Assembly (NCBI GenBank): GCA_002313515.1
Contig: DCBQ01000005.1
Span: forward strand, 16,240 to 80,239
Length of the DNA: 64,000 bases
Source of the DNA: Candidatus Saccharibacteria bacterium UBA1103
GTDB taxonomy: Bacteria; Patescibacteriota; Saccharimonadia; Saccharimonadales; Saccharimonadaceae
Direction: 5' to 3'
The notes below the pieces were generated by a model that ran no database searches, had not been told where the DNA came from, and saw nothing but the letters and a program-made list of their open reading frames with translations. The translations under genes and the position numbers were made by a program. Each line of letters starts with the position of its first letter. Within the stretch, counting starts at the first letter, position 1. Below, piece by piece: positions 1-8,954 of the stretch.

Positions 1-192
1 ACTTTTGGTATGCAACAACTGATGGACCATCTGAATCTGAAGAAATCAGATATTCTCTATTTTGGCGACATGACCCAGCCGGGTGGCAACGATTATCCAG
101 TGATGCAAATGGGTATTGATACGCTAACCGTTACTAAGTGGCAGGATACGGTTTACGCCTTGAAGGGCATTATTGCGGTAAGCAAGAGCTAA
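1..192 (+). CDS. HAD-superfamily (Cof/IIB-like) hydrolase, C-terminal fragment; 5' end outside window
   Basis: Frame is open to position 1. C-terminus ...LYFGDMTQPGGNDYPVM... resembles HAD motif IV (GDxxND). Confidence 0.45.
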   Translation, partial: TFGMQQLMDHLNLKKSDILYFGDMTQPGGNDYPVMQMGIDTLTVTKWQDTVYALKGIIAVSKS

Positions 193-213
193 TGTGATAA
201 AATAATTCTGTAC

Positions 214-305
214 GGAGGGGTGTCCGAGTGGTTGAAGGAGCGCGCCTGGAAAGTGCGTATAGCGGGCAACCGTTATCTGGGGTTCGAATCCCCATCCCTC
301 CGCCA
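214..305 (+). tRNA. tRNA-Ser (anticodon GGA)
   Basis: Acceptor GGAGGGG/TCCCTCC, anticodon loop CT-GGA-AA, long variable arm, T-loop GGTTCGAATCC, encoded CCA. Confidence 0.9.
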
Positions 306-314
306 GATTAACGT

Positions 315-390
315 CGGGGTGTAGCGCAGTTGGTAGCGCGTACGGCTGGGGGCCGTGAGGTCGCAAGTTCGAGTCTTGTCATCCCGACCA
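315..390 (+). tRNA. tRNA-Pro (anticodon GGG)
   Basis: Acceptor CGGGGTG/CATCCCG, anticodon loop CT-GGG-GG, T-arm GCAAGTTCGAGTCTTGT, encoded CCA. Confidence 0.9.
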
Positions 391-413
391 GAGATATTAT
401 TTAATTAACTAGA

Positions 414-540
414 GTCCCCACCTATAAAGGTGGGGCAAGCAGTGGCAACAGCCACGCTGGGGTGGTTTTATTCGCTTCTCTTAAAATCAAATTTCACCTC
501 ACCCGGCGTAGACGCCTGCCCTCCCCGTCAAGGGGAGGGA
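414..540. repeat. Convergent pair of two-hairpin palindromic elements
   Basis: (+) copy 414-469: CCCCACC-TATAAA-GGTGGGG, GTGGC-AACA-GCCAC, GCTGGGGTGG tail. (-) copy 493-540: CCCTCCCC-GTCA-AGGGGAGGG plus GGCG-TAGA-CGCC. Confidence 0.8.
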
Positions 541-546
541 ATAAAA

Positions 547-2124
547 TTATTCTATGCCATATAGCGTCGCCTTGTACTGTTCACTGCCAGTGACCGGGTC
601 TCGGACGGTGATAGTGCGGACGGCTTTCCACTCCGACGTATTTAGCTTAGTGGGCGCATAAATTGTGTCGGTATTAGTGGTACCGGTGACCCAAATCTGG
701 TGATGTTCTTTGGCGAACCGATTCATATCCTTTATGGCGCGGTTGAACTGATTATCGCGTAACATGGCAAGTGACCCAGTGGGGTCGTTTTTAACGCTAT
801 CCCACAGGAAATAGGTTGGATGCTCCTTGCTGTCGTAGAAGCTGGCTTCGTAAAAGCCGTAGGGGCTATTAGAAATTATCGGGGTATTGCTATGGTCGGT
901 GGCTTGAATCTGCTGAATTACTTCGCCAGTTAAAACACTACTGCCGTTGAATTTGTTGTAATTGCCCTGGTGGTAGACCTGGTATATACCGTAGCTGAAG
1001 CAGGCGATAATTAGAACTAGGGTGGCGGGAGCTATCCACCAACTATGTTTATCGGATTTGTAGTTGGTAATCAGTACGGCAATTAGTACCGCCGTAAAGA
1101 TAGCGGCAGATAAGACATATCGATCAACGAAAGATGAGGTTAGAGGTGGCAGCGATAGTAACATCAGGAAAATTACTGGTGCTATTGCCATAGTTAGAAC
1201 CAGGTAAAAGCTCCGTCGCTCGGCACGATCGTAGCGGATTTGGTGTAGGTAGCGATAAACTAATACGCCAACTAAGATGATTGCAGTAAAGAACAGTACC
1301 GGTAGCCAACCGCTCGCCTGATTGCCTTGTAAGTAGAAGAATAACTCGGACAGGTAGTCGCTAGGTGTACTCGGGGTGACAGCGGGAATCCAGAAGCCAC
1401 TACTAACCGTACGGAACTGCGATATTACGGTTGGTACCCAGGGCAGGTATAGTCCGACCGCCACCACATGGGCAATAACCCACTCCTTACTGAAATAATT
1501 TTTAGCAAGCTTCTGGCCTTTTAGATCTTGAATTCGTAGGTAAATCAGGCGATAGACCCAGTGGCTCAACCAAATCACGGCGGTGAAGTAGTGCGTTAGC
1601 ATGCCTAGGTAAACTAGCACGCCATAAATAGCATAATCGCGTAATTTATGTGACCTTAGACCGTGCCACAACATTAAAGTGGCGGCTAGAACGATAGTGG
1701 TGACAACGGTGTACATGCGCGCTTCAATGCCAAACCGTACAAATAATGGAGAAATAGCCACCAAAAATACCGATAAAGCAGCGGTTTTGCGATTAAATAA
1801 CTTTTTTATTAGGAAAAATAGCAGAATTAGGGTAATTACGCCAAAGAAAACCGACATAGAGCGAAAAGCAATCGCCGATGTGCCGAATAAGCTAGTCCAG
1901 CCCTTTAGCAACCAATAATACAGTGGCGGGTGAACGTCCAAGGCGGTGTAGTGGGTGATCTCGGATAAATTATATTTGGTGATGTAGGCGCTAAAGGCCT
2001 CGTCAAACCAGATGGAGCTGGCGGTTAAGCGGGTCAGGGTAAGGGCGAGAAATCCGCCGATCGCAACCGCCAGTGCCGTTAGGCTACCCCATTTCGAATT
2101 AAAGAATTTGGCTGCACTTTTCAT
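547..2124 (-). CDS. Polytopic membrane glycosyltransferase, GT39/ArnT-like (PMT_2-type)
   Basis: 525 aa. Many predicted TM helices over the first ~390 aa, then a soluble C-terminal domain. Architecture matches ArnT/PMT-like lipid-linked sugar transferases. Confidence 0.6.
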   Translation of the reverse strand: MKSAAKFFNSKWGSLTALAVAIGGFLALTLTRLTASSIWFDEAFSAYITKYNLSEITHYTALDVHPPLYYWLLKGWTSLFGTSAIAFRSMSVFFGVITLILLFFLIKKLFNRKTAALSVFLVAISPLFVRFGIEARMYTVVTTIVLAATLMLWHGLRSHKLRDYAIYGVLVYLGMLTHYFTAVIWLSHWVYRLIYLRIQDLKGQKLAKNYFSKEWVIAHVVAVGLYLPWVPTVISQFRTVSSGFWIPAVTPSTPSDYLSELFFYLQGNQASGWLPVLFFTAIILVGVLVYRYLHQIRYDRAERRSFYLVLTMAIAPVIFLMLLSLPPLTSSFVDRYVLSAAIFTAVLIAVLITNYKSDKHSWWIAPATLVLIIACFSYGIYQVYHQGNYNKFNGSSVLTGEVIQQIQATDHSNTPIISNSPYGFYEASFYDSKEHPTYFLWDSVKNDPTGSLAMLRDNQFNRAIKDMNRFAKEHHQIWVTGTTNTDTIYAPTKLNTSEWKAVRTITVRDPVTGSEQYKATLYGIE

Positions 2125-2130
2125 ATGTTA

Positions 2131-2139
2131 ATTATAGCA
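2131..2139 (-). promoter_or_regulatory. Extended -10 box (TGcTATAAT), 6 nt upstream of ATG at 2124; leaderless
   Basis: Minus strand reads TGCTATAAT-TAACAT-ATG. Confidence 0.6.
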
Positions 2140-2150
2140 AAAGAGAAAGT

Positions 2151-2248
2151 CAGCTAGTGCACTTCTGCTACGAAGGACTCGCCTCCCTGTAGCACAGGAG
2201 AGGCGGGAGGCAGTCAGCCGTATCCTGAGGAGCGGAATGCGCTAGCTG
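2151..2248. repeat. Structured inverted-repeat element, family C, copy 1
   Basis: Outer stem CAGCTAGTGC/GCGCTAGCTG encloses hairpin CGCCTCCCTGT-AGC-ACAGGAGAGGCG and the block GAGGCAGTCAGCCGTATCCT. About 80% identical to 57646-57696. Confidence 0.6.
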
Positions 2249-2283
2249 GCATGAACTCTGATCTTGCTCATGTTTAATCATAG

Positions 2284-2292
2284 TGCTACAAT
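2284..2292 (+). promoter_or_regulatory. Extended -10 box (TGcTACAAT) for ohyA
   Basis: TGCTACAAT lies ~44 nt upstream of the ATG. SD GGAGGG at 2319-2324. Confidence 0.5.
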
Positions 2293-2335
2293 ATCCATGA
2301 TTGATTAAGAAACAAAAAGGAGGGAACTGAAAAAT

Positions 2336-4204
2336 ATGTACTACGCAAGTGGTAATTACGACGCCTTTGTGCGACCAAAGAAGCCAGAGGGTGTCGATAA
2401 TAAACATGCTTATATTATAGGTACTGGTCTAGCAGCCTTGGCCGCGGCAGTAGTACTGGTGCGTGACGCGCAGATGCCGGGCAAGAACATTCACATTTTT
2501 GAGAAGGATGAACTACCAGGCGGTGCTTGTGACGGTCGGGAAATTCAAGGCATTGGTTATGTCATGCGTGGTGGTCGCGAGCTAGATAACCACTATGAGG
2601 TGCTATATGATATCCTTCATTCCATTCCGTCACTAGAACGCAAGAACGCCAGCGTGCTGGATGAGTTATATTGGCTGAACCGCGAAGATCCCAACTTCAC
2701 CATGTGTCGCGCCACTGAAGAGCAGGGCAAGCCGGCTGTTGATGGTAAATTTGGCCTGAGTGATAAGGCGGCTATGGAAATCATGGCACTCTTCTTTACG
2801 CCAAATGAAAAGCTGTACAACAAGCGCATTGATGAAGTCTTTGACGATGAGGTCTTTAAATCCAACTTCTGGCTATACTGGCGTACCATGTTCGCCTTTG
2901 AGAACTGGCACTCTGCGCTCGAGATGAAGCTGTATATTAAAAGGTTTATTCACCATGTATCGGGTCTACCGGACTTTACAGCACTACGCTTTAGCCGTTA
3001 TAACCAGTACGAATCATTCATTCTGCCGATGGTCAAATACCTAGAGAAGGCGGGTGTACAGTTCCACTACAACACCAAGGTTAACGACGTCAAGATTGAA
3101 GTTGGCGGTCAGCGTGTAGCTAAGCGTCCACGCTCGAGTGTTGGTGAGGATACTATTTTGCGTATTCAACAAGAGCAGTTCCCGCGTAATCCGTATAGCA
3201 CGGACATCAAGAAGGTAGCTAAAGCCATTGTCATCGCCGATGCAGGTGGCGAGCATACTATTGACCTAACCGAGGACGACTACCTGTTTATTACACCGGG
3301 TGGTTGTGTGGAGAACGCTACTATTGGTTCGCAGAACGAGCCAGCAGCCTGGAACCCGGATCTAAAGCAGGGCGGTGGCTGGGACATGTGGCGCCGCATT
3401 GCCAAGCAAGATAAATCCTTTGGTCATCCAGATAAGTTCTGCTACGACCCAGAAGCCAGTAAGTGGATGAGTGCCACGGTGACGACCTTGGACAACGAGA
3501 TTCCGCCGTATATTCAGAATATTTGCCGCCGCGATCCGTTTAGCGGCCGCACGGTTACTGGCGGTATAGTATCAGTCAAGGATTCGAATTGGCTAATGAG
3601 CTGGACGCTAAATCGCCAGCAGCAGTTTAAGGATCAGCCGAAGAACCAATTGAGCGTATGGGTCTACGGTCTATTTCCTGATCAGCCAGGCAATTACGTC
3701 AAGAAACCAATGCGTGAATGTACTGGTAAAGAGATTTGTGAAGAATGGCTGTATCATCTAGGTGTGCCAGTTGACCGCATTGAAGAACTAGCGACTAATC
3801 ACGCTAACTCGGTGCCAGTGATGATGCCGTATATCGATGCCTTCTTTATGCCGCGTGAAGCGGGCGATCGTCCGGATGTCGTGCCTGATGGGGCAGTGAA
3901 CTTTGCCTTCCTGGGTCAGTTCGCCGAGGAACCGCGTGATGTAATCTTTACTACGGAATACTCAGTGCGTACAGCTATGGAAGCAGTGTATACACTATTC
4001 AATGTTGAGCGCGGCGTGCCGGAGGTCTGGAATAGCACCTATGACGTGCGCGATCTGGTTAATGCCTCGGTTGCCCTGCGTGATGGCCGTAAGTTGACTG
4101 ATATGGATCTGCCGTTTACACAGAAGCTAGTGCTAGAGAAGGTTATCCAAGCCGTTAAGGATACTGATATCGAGAAGCTGCTAAAGGAGTATAAAGCGAT
4201 TTAG
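2336..4204 (+). CDS. ohyA: Oleate hydratase (FAD-dependent fatty-acid hydratase, MCRA family)
   Basis: 622 aa. N-terminus MYYASGNYDAFVRPKKPEG...AYIIGTGLAALAAA (Rossmann GxGxxA) and overall length are typical of MCRA/oleate hydratases. Confidence 0.85.
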   Translation: MYYASGNYDAFVRPKKPEGVDNKHAYIIGTGLAALAAAVVLVRDAQMPGKNIHIFEKDELPGGACDGREIQGIGYVMRGGRELDNHYEVLYDILHSIPSLERKNASVLDELYWLNREDPNFTMCRATEEQGKPAVDGKFGLSDKAAMEIMALFFTPNEKLYNKRIDEVFDDEVFKSNFWLYWRTMFAFENWHSALEMKLYIKRFIHHVSGLPDFTALRFSRYNQYESFILPMVKYLEKAGVQFHYNTKVNDVKIEVGGQRVAKRPRSSVGEDTILRIQQEQFPRNPYSTDIKKVAKAIVIADAGGEHTIDLTEDDYLFITPGGCVENATIGSQNEPAAWNPDLKQGGGWDMWRRIAKQDKSFGHPDKFCYDPEASKWMSATVTTLDNEIPPYIQNICRRDPFSGRTVTGGIVSVKDSNWLMSWTLNRQQQFKDQPKNQLSVWVYGLFPDQPGNYVKKPMRECTGKEICEEWLYHLGVPVDRIEELATNHANSVPVMMPYIDAFFMPREAGDRPDVVPDGAVNFAFLGQFAEEPRDVIFTTEYSVRTAMEAVYTLFNVERGVPEVWNSTYDVRDLVNASVALRDGRKLTDMDLPFTQKLVLEKVIQAVKDTDIEKLLKEYKAI

Positions 4205-4216
4205 CTGTATAGAGAA

Positions 4217-4473
4217 GCCCGCCCCCCATCAGGGGCGAGAAACAGATTCTAATAGTGTCTGCGGCCTATGCTCAGATTTAAAGTCCCGCCCCATCAGGGG
4301 CGTAAGCTGTGACATGCACTACGCGTAAAACTTAAGTCCCGCCCCATCAGGGGCGGGCAAGCTGGTGCGTAGCACCGCTGGGTGGGGTTTGTAAACTCTA
4401 GTTAAACTAACTAATACTACAAACCCCTTCCGTCACGACTACGTCGTGCCACCTTCCCCTGATGGGGAAGGAC
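4217..4473. repeat. Mini-array of three (+) two-hairpin elements plus one convergent (-) copy
   Basis: (+) copies start at 4217, 4283 and 4336; the last is full length and ends GCTGGGTGGGGTTTGT. (-) copy 4419-4473: ACAAACCCC...CCTTCCCC-TGAT-GGGGAAGG. Confidence 0.85.
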
Positions 4474-4605
4474 TTTTGTTATTGACAACTAACACCATTA
4501 TTTCCTAGTGCTTGACAATAAAACATAAACGTGATAGTATTAATAATGTCGAACGAAGATAGAAACGGTTGACAAAGAAGATAGATAAAAACAGAAAGGA
4601 AGATA

Positions 4606-5001
4606 ATGGTTAAAAACCTAAACTCTATTAATAGTGCCAAAAATCAAGAGGCAATTGACAACATGAGCGAGCGCGAGCGTCGTAATGCTGGTTTAACGCG
4701 CGATCTAGCGATCGTGGCTACATCGGAAATGGCTTTAGCTAATCTGGACGACGTTAAGGGCATTAACTTTATGACGCACCGAAAGGCTAACGAAAAGCGC
4801 GCACTGGATCAGGCGGCCAACGAAGCCGGTGCGCAGAAAGAATATGCTCAGGAGGTAGAGAATGCCCCCTTTGGCAGTCACGAAGACTACGAGCAACGCC
4901 AAGCTACACGTGCCGACCGTTACGACGGTACACCGAACTTAAATGAGGACGAAGAGAAAACCGTTCAGGTAGTTAGTGGCGAGGCCACTAACTACGAATA
5001 A
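4606..5001 (+). CDS. Hypothetical acidic protein (131 aa)
   Basis: ORF with SD-like AAAGGAAG upstream and a rho-independent terminator downstream. No recognisable domain. Confidence 0.5.
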   Translation: MVKNLNSINSAKNQEAIDNMSERERRNAGLTRDLAIVATSEMALANLDDVKGINFMTHRKANEKRALDQAANEAGAQKEYAQEVENAPFGSHEDYEQRQATRADRYDGTPNLNEDEEKTVQVVSGEATNYE

Positions 5002-5028
5002 AACGTAGAGTAGCAATTACACATAGAC

Positions 5029-5056
5029 AGCCCTGCAGATATAGCAGGGCTATTTC
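5029..5056 (+). terminator. Rho-independent terminator
   Basis: AGCCCTGC-AGATATA-GCAGGGCT followed by ATTTCG. Confidence 0.6.
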
Positions 5057-5071
5057 GTGAATACGTCGAGC

Positions 5072-5121
5072 TTGACAAAAACGCTAAATCATGTATTCTA
5101 TATATAGATGCAAATTGCATC
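5072..5121 (+). promoter_or_regulatory. Sigma-70 type promoter followed by a perfect 15-bp palindrome (operator-like)
   Basis: TTGACA (5072-5077), 16 nt, TATTCT / TATATA, then GATGCAAATTGCATC (5107-5121). Confidence 0.45.
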
Positions 5122-5160
5122 CATAGCTCGCTTGGGCTAGCTCTTTAGAAAGATGGAAAG

Positions 5161-6192
5161 ATGGTTTTATTCATCATTAGTGTGGTCTTTTTGGTGATTG
5201 CTGTTGCCGCTGTGCTTTATGCGGTGACTAGGCGTCGTGGAATAGCGGCGGCTAAGTCAGAAGTGGCCGAAGCTAAAAAAGCCACCAAGGATGACTACGA
5301 CGATAGCGAATCTCACAGTCTAAAAAAGGCCAGGCATACATTAGCGTATCGGCAGGGCCAACGAATAAAAGGCGCCGTTGTAGCATGTGTTACGGCCATT
5401 ATTGGCGGAATCATGATGCTATTCTGCGTATTCTATACGCAGGATGCGGGCAACGTAGTCGTACTGCGTAACTTTGGTGGTTCGATTGCCGGCGTTTCAA
5501 AGGATGCTGGTTTGCACACTAAAGCGCCATGGCAGACTGTTATAACCTACGATGCGCGCAACAATCTGATTAACTTCTATGGTGCCGACACTGAGTACAA
5601 GGCAGATGGCGGTAGCTACGAAGGTAAGCAGGTTTCGATTAATGATAAGTCTGGCGCCAGTGCTAACGTTGACATTCAGGTAAACTATTCGCTTAACCCT
5701 GATGCAGCCGATGATCTGTATCTGAACTATGGCACGCAGAAAAGTATGACAGAGAAGTATGTCGGCAATGATCTGCGTTCGGTTACACGTGAAGTGTCGG
5801 GTCAGTTTGACACGATTACTATGCTGACTAACCGTAGTCAGTTTACTAAGGCTGTGCAGAAGGCACTGGAGACCAAGTGGAACAAGATTGGTTTGGTTGT
5901 CGAGCAGGTAAGCGTGCAGGATGTGCGCTATCCATCGTCAATTACAGAGGCTTATTCGGCGGCGCAGGCGGCTGAGGTTAACAAGCAAAAGGCTAAGAAC
6001 GAGCAGGAAACTGCTAAGGTTCAGGCCGAGACCAAGAAGATCGAGGCGCAGGGCGAAGCGGATGCTAACGCAGTGCTGAATAATTCACTGACTGATAAGG
6101 TACTGACGCAGAAGTATATTGATGCGCTGAAAAACGCCGATAATCTCACTGTAGTGCCGAACGGATCAGTTCCTATGATTCAAACTAAGTAG
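5161..6192 (+). CDS. SPFH/band-7 (prohibitin/HflC-like) membrane protein
   Basis: Two N-terminal TM segments, an SPFH core (..VVVLRNFGG..KAPWQTV..VQDVRYP..) and a coiled-coil AQ/AE-rich tail. Confidence 0.75.
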   Translation: MVLFIISVVFLVIAVAAVLYAVTRRRGIAAAKSEVAEAKKATKDDYDDSESHSLKKARHTLAYRQGQRIKGAVVACVTAIIGGIMMLFCVFYTQDAGNVVVLRNFGGSIAGVSKDAGLHTKAPWQTVITYDARNNLINFYGADTEYKADGGSYEGKQVSINDKSGASANVDIQVNYSLNPDAADDLYLNYGTQKSMTEKYVGNDLRSVTREVSGQFDTITMLTNRSQFTKAVQKALETKWNKIGLVVEQVSVQDVRYPSSITEAYSAAQAAEVNKQKAKNEQETAKVQAETKKIEAQGEADANAVLNNSLTDKVLTQKYIDALKNADNLTVVPNGSVPMIQTK

Positions 6193-6209
6193 CCATCGAT
6201 CACCTTAAT

Positions 6210-6238
6210 GGGCTATCCTTCATGGATAGCCCATTTTT
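6210..6238 (+). terminator. Rho-independent terminator
   Basis: GGGCTATCC-TTCAT-GGATAGCCC followed by ATTTTT. Confidence 0.75.
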
Positions 6239-6337
6239 ATTAAAAATAATGACATATTTTTATTAATTTGGCCTCCATTGGTTGTGGATTGCCTATCGTA
6301 GCTAATACGACCATGGGGCTCTACCGCCTTTCTGTTG

Positions 6338-6343
6338 TATAAT
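6338..6343 (+). promoter_or_regulatory. -10 box TATAAT, 7 nt upstream of argS ATG; leaderless
   Basis: TATAAT-ATAACTA-ATG. Confidence 0.5.
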
Positions 6344-6350
6344 ATAACTA

Positions 6351-8051
6351 ATGAATCAGTATGCGGATGAAGTAAGGCGAACAGTAAAAAAGCTGTTCGA
6401 TGTGGATGTGAAGGTGGAGTTGAGTCGGCCGGACCCGCAATTTGGAGACTATGCCACCAATGTGGCGATGCAGCTGGCCGGTCGACTACATCAAGCACCC
6501 CGGGCGATTGCCGAACAGATCAAGAACGAGCTAGACCAGAGTGGTACCTATAGTGAGGTTTCAATTGCGGGGCCAGGCTTTATTAACTTACGTTTGTCAG
6601 CTAAAGCCCTGAATCAAGATTTGGAGAATAAATTTAACAGCCAGATTCCGTTTGGCAATAACCAGGACGGGGCGGGCAAGAAAGTGTTGGTAGAATATCC
6701 CTCGACCAACATGGCAAAGCCGTTTTCTATTGGGCATTTACGACCGGCCAATCAGGGTTGGGCGGCACGTAATCTAATGAAAGTGACCGGCTGGGACGTG
6801 ATTACAGACAATCACCTGGGCGACTACGGATCGCCATTTGGTATCTGGGTGGTTGGATTTAAGAAGTTCAGTAGCGAGGAAGCGCTAAAACAGCGTGGGG
6901 TCTACGAGCTGGGCGATATCTATATCAAGACCAAGGCGGCCATGAAAGAAGAAGCGGAGGCAGGTAAACACGACCTAGCGGATGCGGCGCAGGGGTGGCT
7001 ATTAAAGCTGGAACAACATGACCCCGAGGCGGTCGGCTATTCTGAGCGTTTTAATAAAATATCGCTGGATCACATTCATGATGTCATGAAGCGGCTGGGC
7101 ATCAGTACAGATTACGAGCTGGGTGAAAAGTTCTTTGCTGAGAAGGGCAAAGCGGCGGTGCAGGACTTGCTAAACAAGGGCTTGGCCATTCAGAACCCAG
7201 ACGGCTCGGTAATTGTAGACCTGAATGATTATGGTATTAAGACCCCAATGCTGGTACTGAAATCTAATGGTGCGGCACTCTACGCTACGACCGACCTGGC
7301 CACCATGCTGTACCGCGACCAGACTTTTCATGTTGACCGGGTAATTTTCTGCGTTGGTAGCGAACAAAAGTTTTACTTCCAGCAGCTGTTTGCCATGGCA
7401 AAGAAAATTGGGCTGAAAACCGAAATGATTCACATGTGGTATGGCATGATTGATCAGCTGAACGAGGATGGCACGCGCGAGAAGATGTCCAGCCGCAAGG
7501 GCGTGGTACTGCTAGAGGAGCTATTAGATAAGGCCGAAGAGCGGGCGCGCGCCAATGCTAAGACGCCGGATCTATCTGATAGTGACATTAAAAAGATTGC
7601 GGTGGGGGCGATTAAGTTTAGTGATTTTGCCAACGACCGTCGTACCGGCATGCTGTTTGATTGGAACACCATGTTTAGCTTGACCGGATATTCGGGGCCG
7701 TACGTGCAGTATGCCGCCGTGCGGGTGAATAAGATTCTGTGCGACAATCCGATTCCGGAGGTTGATTATAGTGGTTATGACTACGAGCCTGAGAAGGCGG
7801 TGATTTTGAAGCTGCTGGATTATCCAAATATTGTGAAGCTGGCGGCCGATAACCTAGAGCCGCACCGCATTGCGACCTATATTTATGAGCTAGCAAAGGA
7901 GCTAAACCGCTACTACGAACACACACCGATTGCCACCGAGCAGGTGAATGAGGTGGAGAAGGCGGCGCGCTTGCATCTAATGCAGCACGTAGAATATGTG
8001 TTCAAACATGGTTTAGGAATTTTGGGAATTGAGATTCCGGAAAGGATGTAG
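6351..8051 (+). CDS. argS: Arginine--tRNA ligase
   Basis: 566 aa. Class I motifs (..PSTNMAKPFSIGHLR.. HIGH-like; ..KMSSRKG.. KMSKS-like) and a C-terminal anticodon-binding DALR domain. Confidence 0.9.
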   Translation: MNQYADEVRRTVKKLFDVDVKVELSRPDPQFGDYATNVAMQLAGRLHQAPRAIAEQIKNELDQSGTYSEVSIAGPGFINLRLSAKALNQDLENKFNSQIPFGNNQDGAGKKVLVEYPSTNMAKPFSIGHLRPANQGWAARNLMKVTGWDVITDNHLGDYGSPFGIWVVGFKKFSSEEALKQRGVYELGDIYIKTKAAMKEEAEAGKHDLADAAQGWLLKLEQHDPEAVGYSERFNKISLDHIHDVMKRLGISTDYELGEKFFAEKGKAAVQDLLNKGLAIQNPDGSVIVDLNDYGIKTPMLVLKSNGAALYATTDLATMLYRDQTFHVDRVIFCVGSEQKFYFQQLFAMAKKIGLKTEMIHMWYGMIDQLNEDGTREKMSSRKGVVLLEELLDKAEERARANAKTPDLSDSDIKKIAVGAIKFSDFANDRRTGMLFDWNTMFSLTGYSGPYVQYAAVRVNKILCDNPIPEVDYSGYDYEPEKAVILKLLDYPNIVKLAADNLEPHRIATYIYELAKELNRYYEHTPIATEQVNEVEKAARLHLMQHVEYVFKHGLGILGIEIPERM

Positions 8052-8054
8052 AAA

Positions 8055-8594
8055 ATGGACAAAAAGGCAAGTTTATTCTGGGTGGACCTAGAGATGACCG
8101 GGCTAGAACCGGATATTGATAAAATCTGTGAGGTTGGCGTGATTGCGACTGATTGGCAGTTCAATGAAGTAGCGCGCTACGAATCAGCGGTAAAGGTGGA
8201 TCGCGAGTTTATGGAAACCCGCATGACGGGCGAGTTCTGGCAGAAGAATCAGGCGAGTCACGACAATTTAATTAAGAATTCCACGTCGGCGGACGCTAAG
8301 ACGGCGGCGCAAGTCGAGAAAGAGCTAATTGACTTTGTGAACACTAATTTTGATACTACTAATCCGATTTACTTAGCCGGCAATTCGATTCACCAGGATC
8401 AGAAGTTCATCGAGCGGGAGTGGGTAGAGCTGAACAAGCTATTTAATTATCGCCAGCTGGACGTTAGCGCCTGGAAGATTATTTTTGAAAACCGGGGCGT
8501 AGTGTTTAATAAGCCAGAAGCTCACCGGGCCATGAGCGATATTGAAGGCTCGATGGAAGAGCTAAAGTATTATCTAGAAAGGGTAAAATTCTAA
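8055..8594 (+). CDS. orn: Oligoribonuclease (DEDDh 3'-5' exonuclease)
   Basis: 179 aa. Motifs FWVDLEMTGL, GNSIHQDQKFI and HRAMSDI are typical of Orn. Confidence 0.85.
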   Translation: MDKKASLFWVDLEMTGLEPDIDKICEVGVIATDWQFNEVARYESAVKVDREFMETRMTGEFWQKNQASHDNLIKNSTSADAKTAAQVEKELIDFVNTNFDTTNPIYLAGNSIHQDQKFIEREWVELNKLFNYRQLDVSAWKIIFENRGVVFNKPEAHRAMSDIEGSMEELKYYLERVKF

Positions 8595-8941
8595 TGGCGC
8601 TATCTGAATCGGATATCCGTGGTCAGATTGAAGCGTTGGGGGCGGTGATTGACCGCGAGCGCTCCACTGCCGAAAACGATATTTACGCAGTGCAGGGCGA
8701 AATGATGGCGGTGATTAGAAAGAATTCGAATCCGCTACAGTTATCGCTACGCTGTGATTACAATCTCGGTAAATTATTGCGCGACCAATACGAGTCGGTG
8801 CTAGAAGGACAACACCTAAATAAGAAACATTGGATAACTATTTTATTAACTGAACAGCTATCTGACCAGGACGTACACGACCAAATTCGTCACGCTTATG
8901 AGGAAACGATAAGGTTGATCGATAAAGAAGATAGTCTCTAG
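8594..8941 (+). CDS. YjbR/MmcQ-family protein
   Basis: 115 aa. ..LRCDYNLGKLL...GQHLNKKHWITILL.. matches the YjbR-family core. ATG overlaps the orn stop. Confidence 0.55.
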   Translation: MALSESDIRGQIEALGAVIDRERSTAENDIYAVQGEMMAVIRKNSNPLQLSLRCDYNLGKLLRDQYESVLEGQHLNKKHWITILLTEQLSDQDVHDQIRHAYEETIRLIDKEDSL

Positions 8942-8954
8942 CTAGAATAACTGG

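Noticed and set aside
124-366. 80-aa ORF on the minus strand.
   Set aside because: It lies entirely across tRNA-Ser and tRNA-Pro on the opposite strand and is an artefact of GC-rich tRNA sequence.
6669-6680. GGGGCGGGCAAG inside argS, identical to the repeat hairpin-1 3' arm; considered as a second in-frame repeat insertion.
   Set aside because: No complementary CCCGCCCC arm and no hairpin-2 or tail nearby, and the protein shows no obvious insertion at this point. A 12-mer match to a multi-variant motif is not significant.
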